A stretch of DNA of 64,000 bases from the sequence record MZ868638.1; one strand, given 5' to 3'. The notes beneath the pieces are model-generated. The model was not told where the DNA came from and ran no database searches. It saw nothing but the letters and a program-made list of their open reading frames with translations. This document shows, piece by piece, positions 61,853 to 64,000 of this stretch (its first letter is position 1; every line of letters starts with the position of its first letter). This DNA comes from Escherichia phage vB_EcoM-pEK20. Position numbers and translations under genes: made by a program.

Positions 61853-63421
61853 TTAGATGCCTTTTACATACACACGGCGGAAGTAAGCGTTCTTACCAAG
61901 GCTGTTCAGGATAGACGGCATACCGGACTGGATGCGAGCACCTGGAGCCTGCAGAGAACTTTCAGCAAACGGGTTAACACCGATACCGTAACGAGTTTTA
62001 AAGCCCATTACCGGCTGGAAGTTCTTAGGATCGGAACCACGCAGTGGGGTAAGTGCAACGTAAGGAGCATAGTAAATACCTGCATCCATTTCGTTAGCGC
62101 CTTTGTAACCAACGGTGAAGTAATCCTGTTTAGCATACTGGTCGATGTATACGCGGTATTTACCACCAAGTACACCGGCAAATACAGACTTAGTAGTGTC
62201 GGTATTAAAACCAGAAGCCAGACCCTGTGCAGCGTAAGAAATACCAGTATCAACTGAAGCCAGTACGTTAACTACGTTACGGGAAGCGATAATGAAGTTA
62301 CCTTCACCACGACCGGTTTGACGAGCAATTTCAACTGCTTCTTTATCAATCTGGAACAACAGAGATTTAAAGCTTTCACCGGCCCAACGAGCACCACGGA
62401 TATCAATCGGGTCCTGGAAGTCAAATACGCCAGCTTTAGAACCCGGAGTCAGGGTCATACCAGATTTACCAACCTGTGCAGAGTAGTTAATCCAATCAAC
62501 AACTTCACGGTTGATTTCTAGCATAATTTCTGTAGCCAGAATACCGCTCAGTTCAGCATCAGCATCCATACCGTGTACTGCACGGAGGTCTTGTGCTAAT
62601 TCGATAGAGTAAGCAGCTTTCAGCTGTCGAGATTTAGCTTCGATAACTTGTTTATCGATACGGAAGCCCATTTCATTCCATGGGTTATCGGTAGAACCGT
62701 TGAAACCTTCCTGGAGTTCAGCGATAGAAGTAGCCATACCTTCAGCGATTTCTACCAGTGCACCAGCTTCCATTTGTTTCTTAACTTCTGCATCTAATTT
62801 AGCTGCATCAGTTGCACCAGAATCAAGTGTTACGACAGCAGAAGCTTGCAGATATACAGTACCAGTTTCTTGGAAGAAGTGAGTATAGATATCACCTACA
62901 ACGGTAGTAGTGTCAGCAGCCAGAGCTGGGAATTTCTTAGCAGCACCCTGACCAGAGAACATCGCGTCTGGGGCATACATCGGATGGAAAGCTTCTTTAG
63001 CGCCAGCAGCGATAGGGTCTTTACCATATACTGCACGGAGAGCAAATACCTGACCGGTAGGGCTGTTCATAGGCTGAACACCACAAATATCAAAAGCGAT
63101 CAGATTAGGAATAGCACGACGAACCATACCCATAACTGCCGGCCCAATTTGGGTTACTGCACCAGAGGTTTGACCTGCTGCGATGTTCTGAGCATTATAA
63201 CCATGGTCGCCGCCAATTTCAGCTTCGGTCAAGAAAGAACCAAATGCCTGAGCGATTTTCTCGTCTTTATATTCAGGGGATACTTCGAAATCTTTTTCCT
63301 GGTTTTCGAAGATTTTAGCGATAATAGCCTGCTTGCTATTAGCGATTTCCGGCAGGCCTTCACCTTCCAGCAGTTCTTTCCATTTGTCTACGAGCTGAGC
63401 TTTAGTTTTGATAGTAGTCAT
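61853..63421 (-). CDS. 23: gp23 major capsid protein precursor
   Basis: 522 aa; near-identical to T4 gp23 as recalled; GC and codon usage typical of a highly expressed late gene. Confidence 0.97.
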   Translation of the reverse strand: MTTIKTKAQLVDKWKELLEGEGLPEIANSKQAIIAKIFENQEKDFEVSPEYKDEKIAQAFGSFLTEAEIGGDHGYNAQNIAAGQTSGAVTQIGPAVMGMVRRAIPNLIAFDICGVQPMNSPTGQVFALRAVYGKDPIAAGAKEAFHPMYAPDAMFSGQGAAKKFPALAADTTTVVGDIYTHFFQETGTVYLQASAVVTLDSGATDAAKLDAEVKKQMEAGALVEIAEGMATSIAELQEGFNGSTDNPWNEMGFRIDKQVIEAKSRQLKAAYSIELAQDLRAVHGMDADAELSGILATEIMLEINREVVDWINYSAQVGKSGMTLTPGSKAGVFDFQDPIDIRGARWAGESFKSLLFQIDKEAVEIARQTGRGEGNFIIASRNVVNVLASVDTGISYAAQGLASGFNTDTTKSVFAGVLGGKYRVYIDQYAKQDYFTVGYKGANEMDAGIYYAPYVALTPLRGSDPKNFQPVMGFKTRYGIGVNPFAESSLQAPGARIQSGMPSILNSLGKNAYFRRVYVKGI

Positions 63422-63438
63422 TTGTGTTAACCTTTAAA

Positions 63439-64000
63439 TTAGAAACGAGATGCGACTTTCGCATATAAACTTACATTAGAATTCTGTTCTACCTGAGTTG
63501 TGGTAGTGTCAACTGCTTCGGCAACAAAATTAAGACCGGCAGCGTCATTGTCAACTGTATTTATACTTTCGGTAATAGCGGCTTCTTCTTTAGTAGAACC
63601 TTTAACCATTTCTACAATAGCAGTTAACTTAGTACCAAATGCGTCAGAATAATCCATACCTTCAACCAGGCCAATAACTTTTTCTTTCTGAGATTCAGTC
63701 AGGTCTTTTACGCTTTCATTAATAGCGGTTTCACGCTGAACGTAATTGATATATGCATCACGTTTGGTAACTTCTTCGAACAAACGAGCGGTTTCTTCTT
63801 TATGTTCGGCCAGCTCTTCTTCCATTTCTGCTACAACATCTACAGATTCTTCTGGAACAACAACGTTATGTTCAACAAACAGTTCTTTCAGACCACCAAG
63901 CATGGATTCGAACAAATCAGCTTTAATGCCTTTATCAACTGCGATTTGGTTTTCTGCGAGCCATTCTTTTGCAAGATGGTCTAGGAATTTAGAAGCTTGT
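63439..64000 (-). CDS. 22: gp22 prohead core scaffold protein (C-terminal part; gene continues beyond window end)
   Basis: ...ELFESMLGGLKELFVEHNVVVPEES...VYAKVASRF matches T4 gp22 C-terminus; N-terminal part lies outside the window. Confidence 0.85.
   Translation of the reverse strand, partial: QASKFLDHLAKEWLAENQIAVDKGIKADLFESMLGGLKELFVEHNVVVPEESVDVVAEMEEELAEHKEETARLFEEVTKRDAYINYVQRETAINESVKDLTESQKEKVIGLVEGMDYSDAFGTKLTAIVEMVKGSTKEEAAITESINTVDNDAAGLNFVAEAVDTTTTQVEQNSNVSLYAKVASRF

Noticed and set aside
61853-63421. Higher GC content of gene 23 relative to its surroundings as a sign of horizontal acquisition
   Set aside because: The protein is the core T4 major capsid protein; the composition shift is the known codon-usage signature of very highly expressed late genes, not foreign DNA.
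61787-63430. ORFs 61787..62257(+), 62318..62521(+), 62700..62882(+) and 62846..63430(+) antisense to gene 23
   Set aside because: They are antisense to the major capsid gene, which matches T4 gp23 almost residue for residue; open antisense frames are expected given the biased codon usage of the sense strand.

Overview
This window is a contiguous, AT-rich segment of a T4-like (T-even) myovirus genome, in the reverse of the usual T4 map orientation. It runs from rIIA (start codon at base 1) to the 5'-truncated prohead scaffold gene 22 at the window end. Early and middle genes are on the + strand (rIIA, rIIB, ndd, 52, motA, asiA, rnh, 32, frd, td, nrdA, nrdB, denA, rnlA, alc, pseT, cd, 31, rIII, 30, alt, uvsY, hoc, rnlB). 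Late structural genes are on the - strand (t, 38, 37, 36, 35, 34, 54, 48, 29, 28, 27, 51, uvsW, 24, 23, 22). All calls rest on reading the supplied ORF translations against T4 protein sequences and gene order as I recall them; no database search was run. Identifiable signals include GTTTAC-N17/18-TGnTAnnnT early promoters, MotA-box middle promoters, TATAAATA late promoters and UUCG-tetraloop terminators. Points of interest relative to T4: a host-like DAHP synthase gene next to cd, a NADAR/YbiA-like plus HAD-like gene pair in the gene 30 upstream cluster, an extra Ig-like domain in Hoc, a remodelled gp37 fibre tip, intronless td and nrdB with no homing endonuclease genes, inverted repeats embedded in many early promoters, and several clusters of small unassigned early ORFs. 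I did not find a clearly delineated novel multi-gene system; the accessory clusters are the best candidates.
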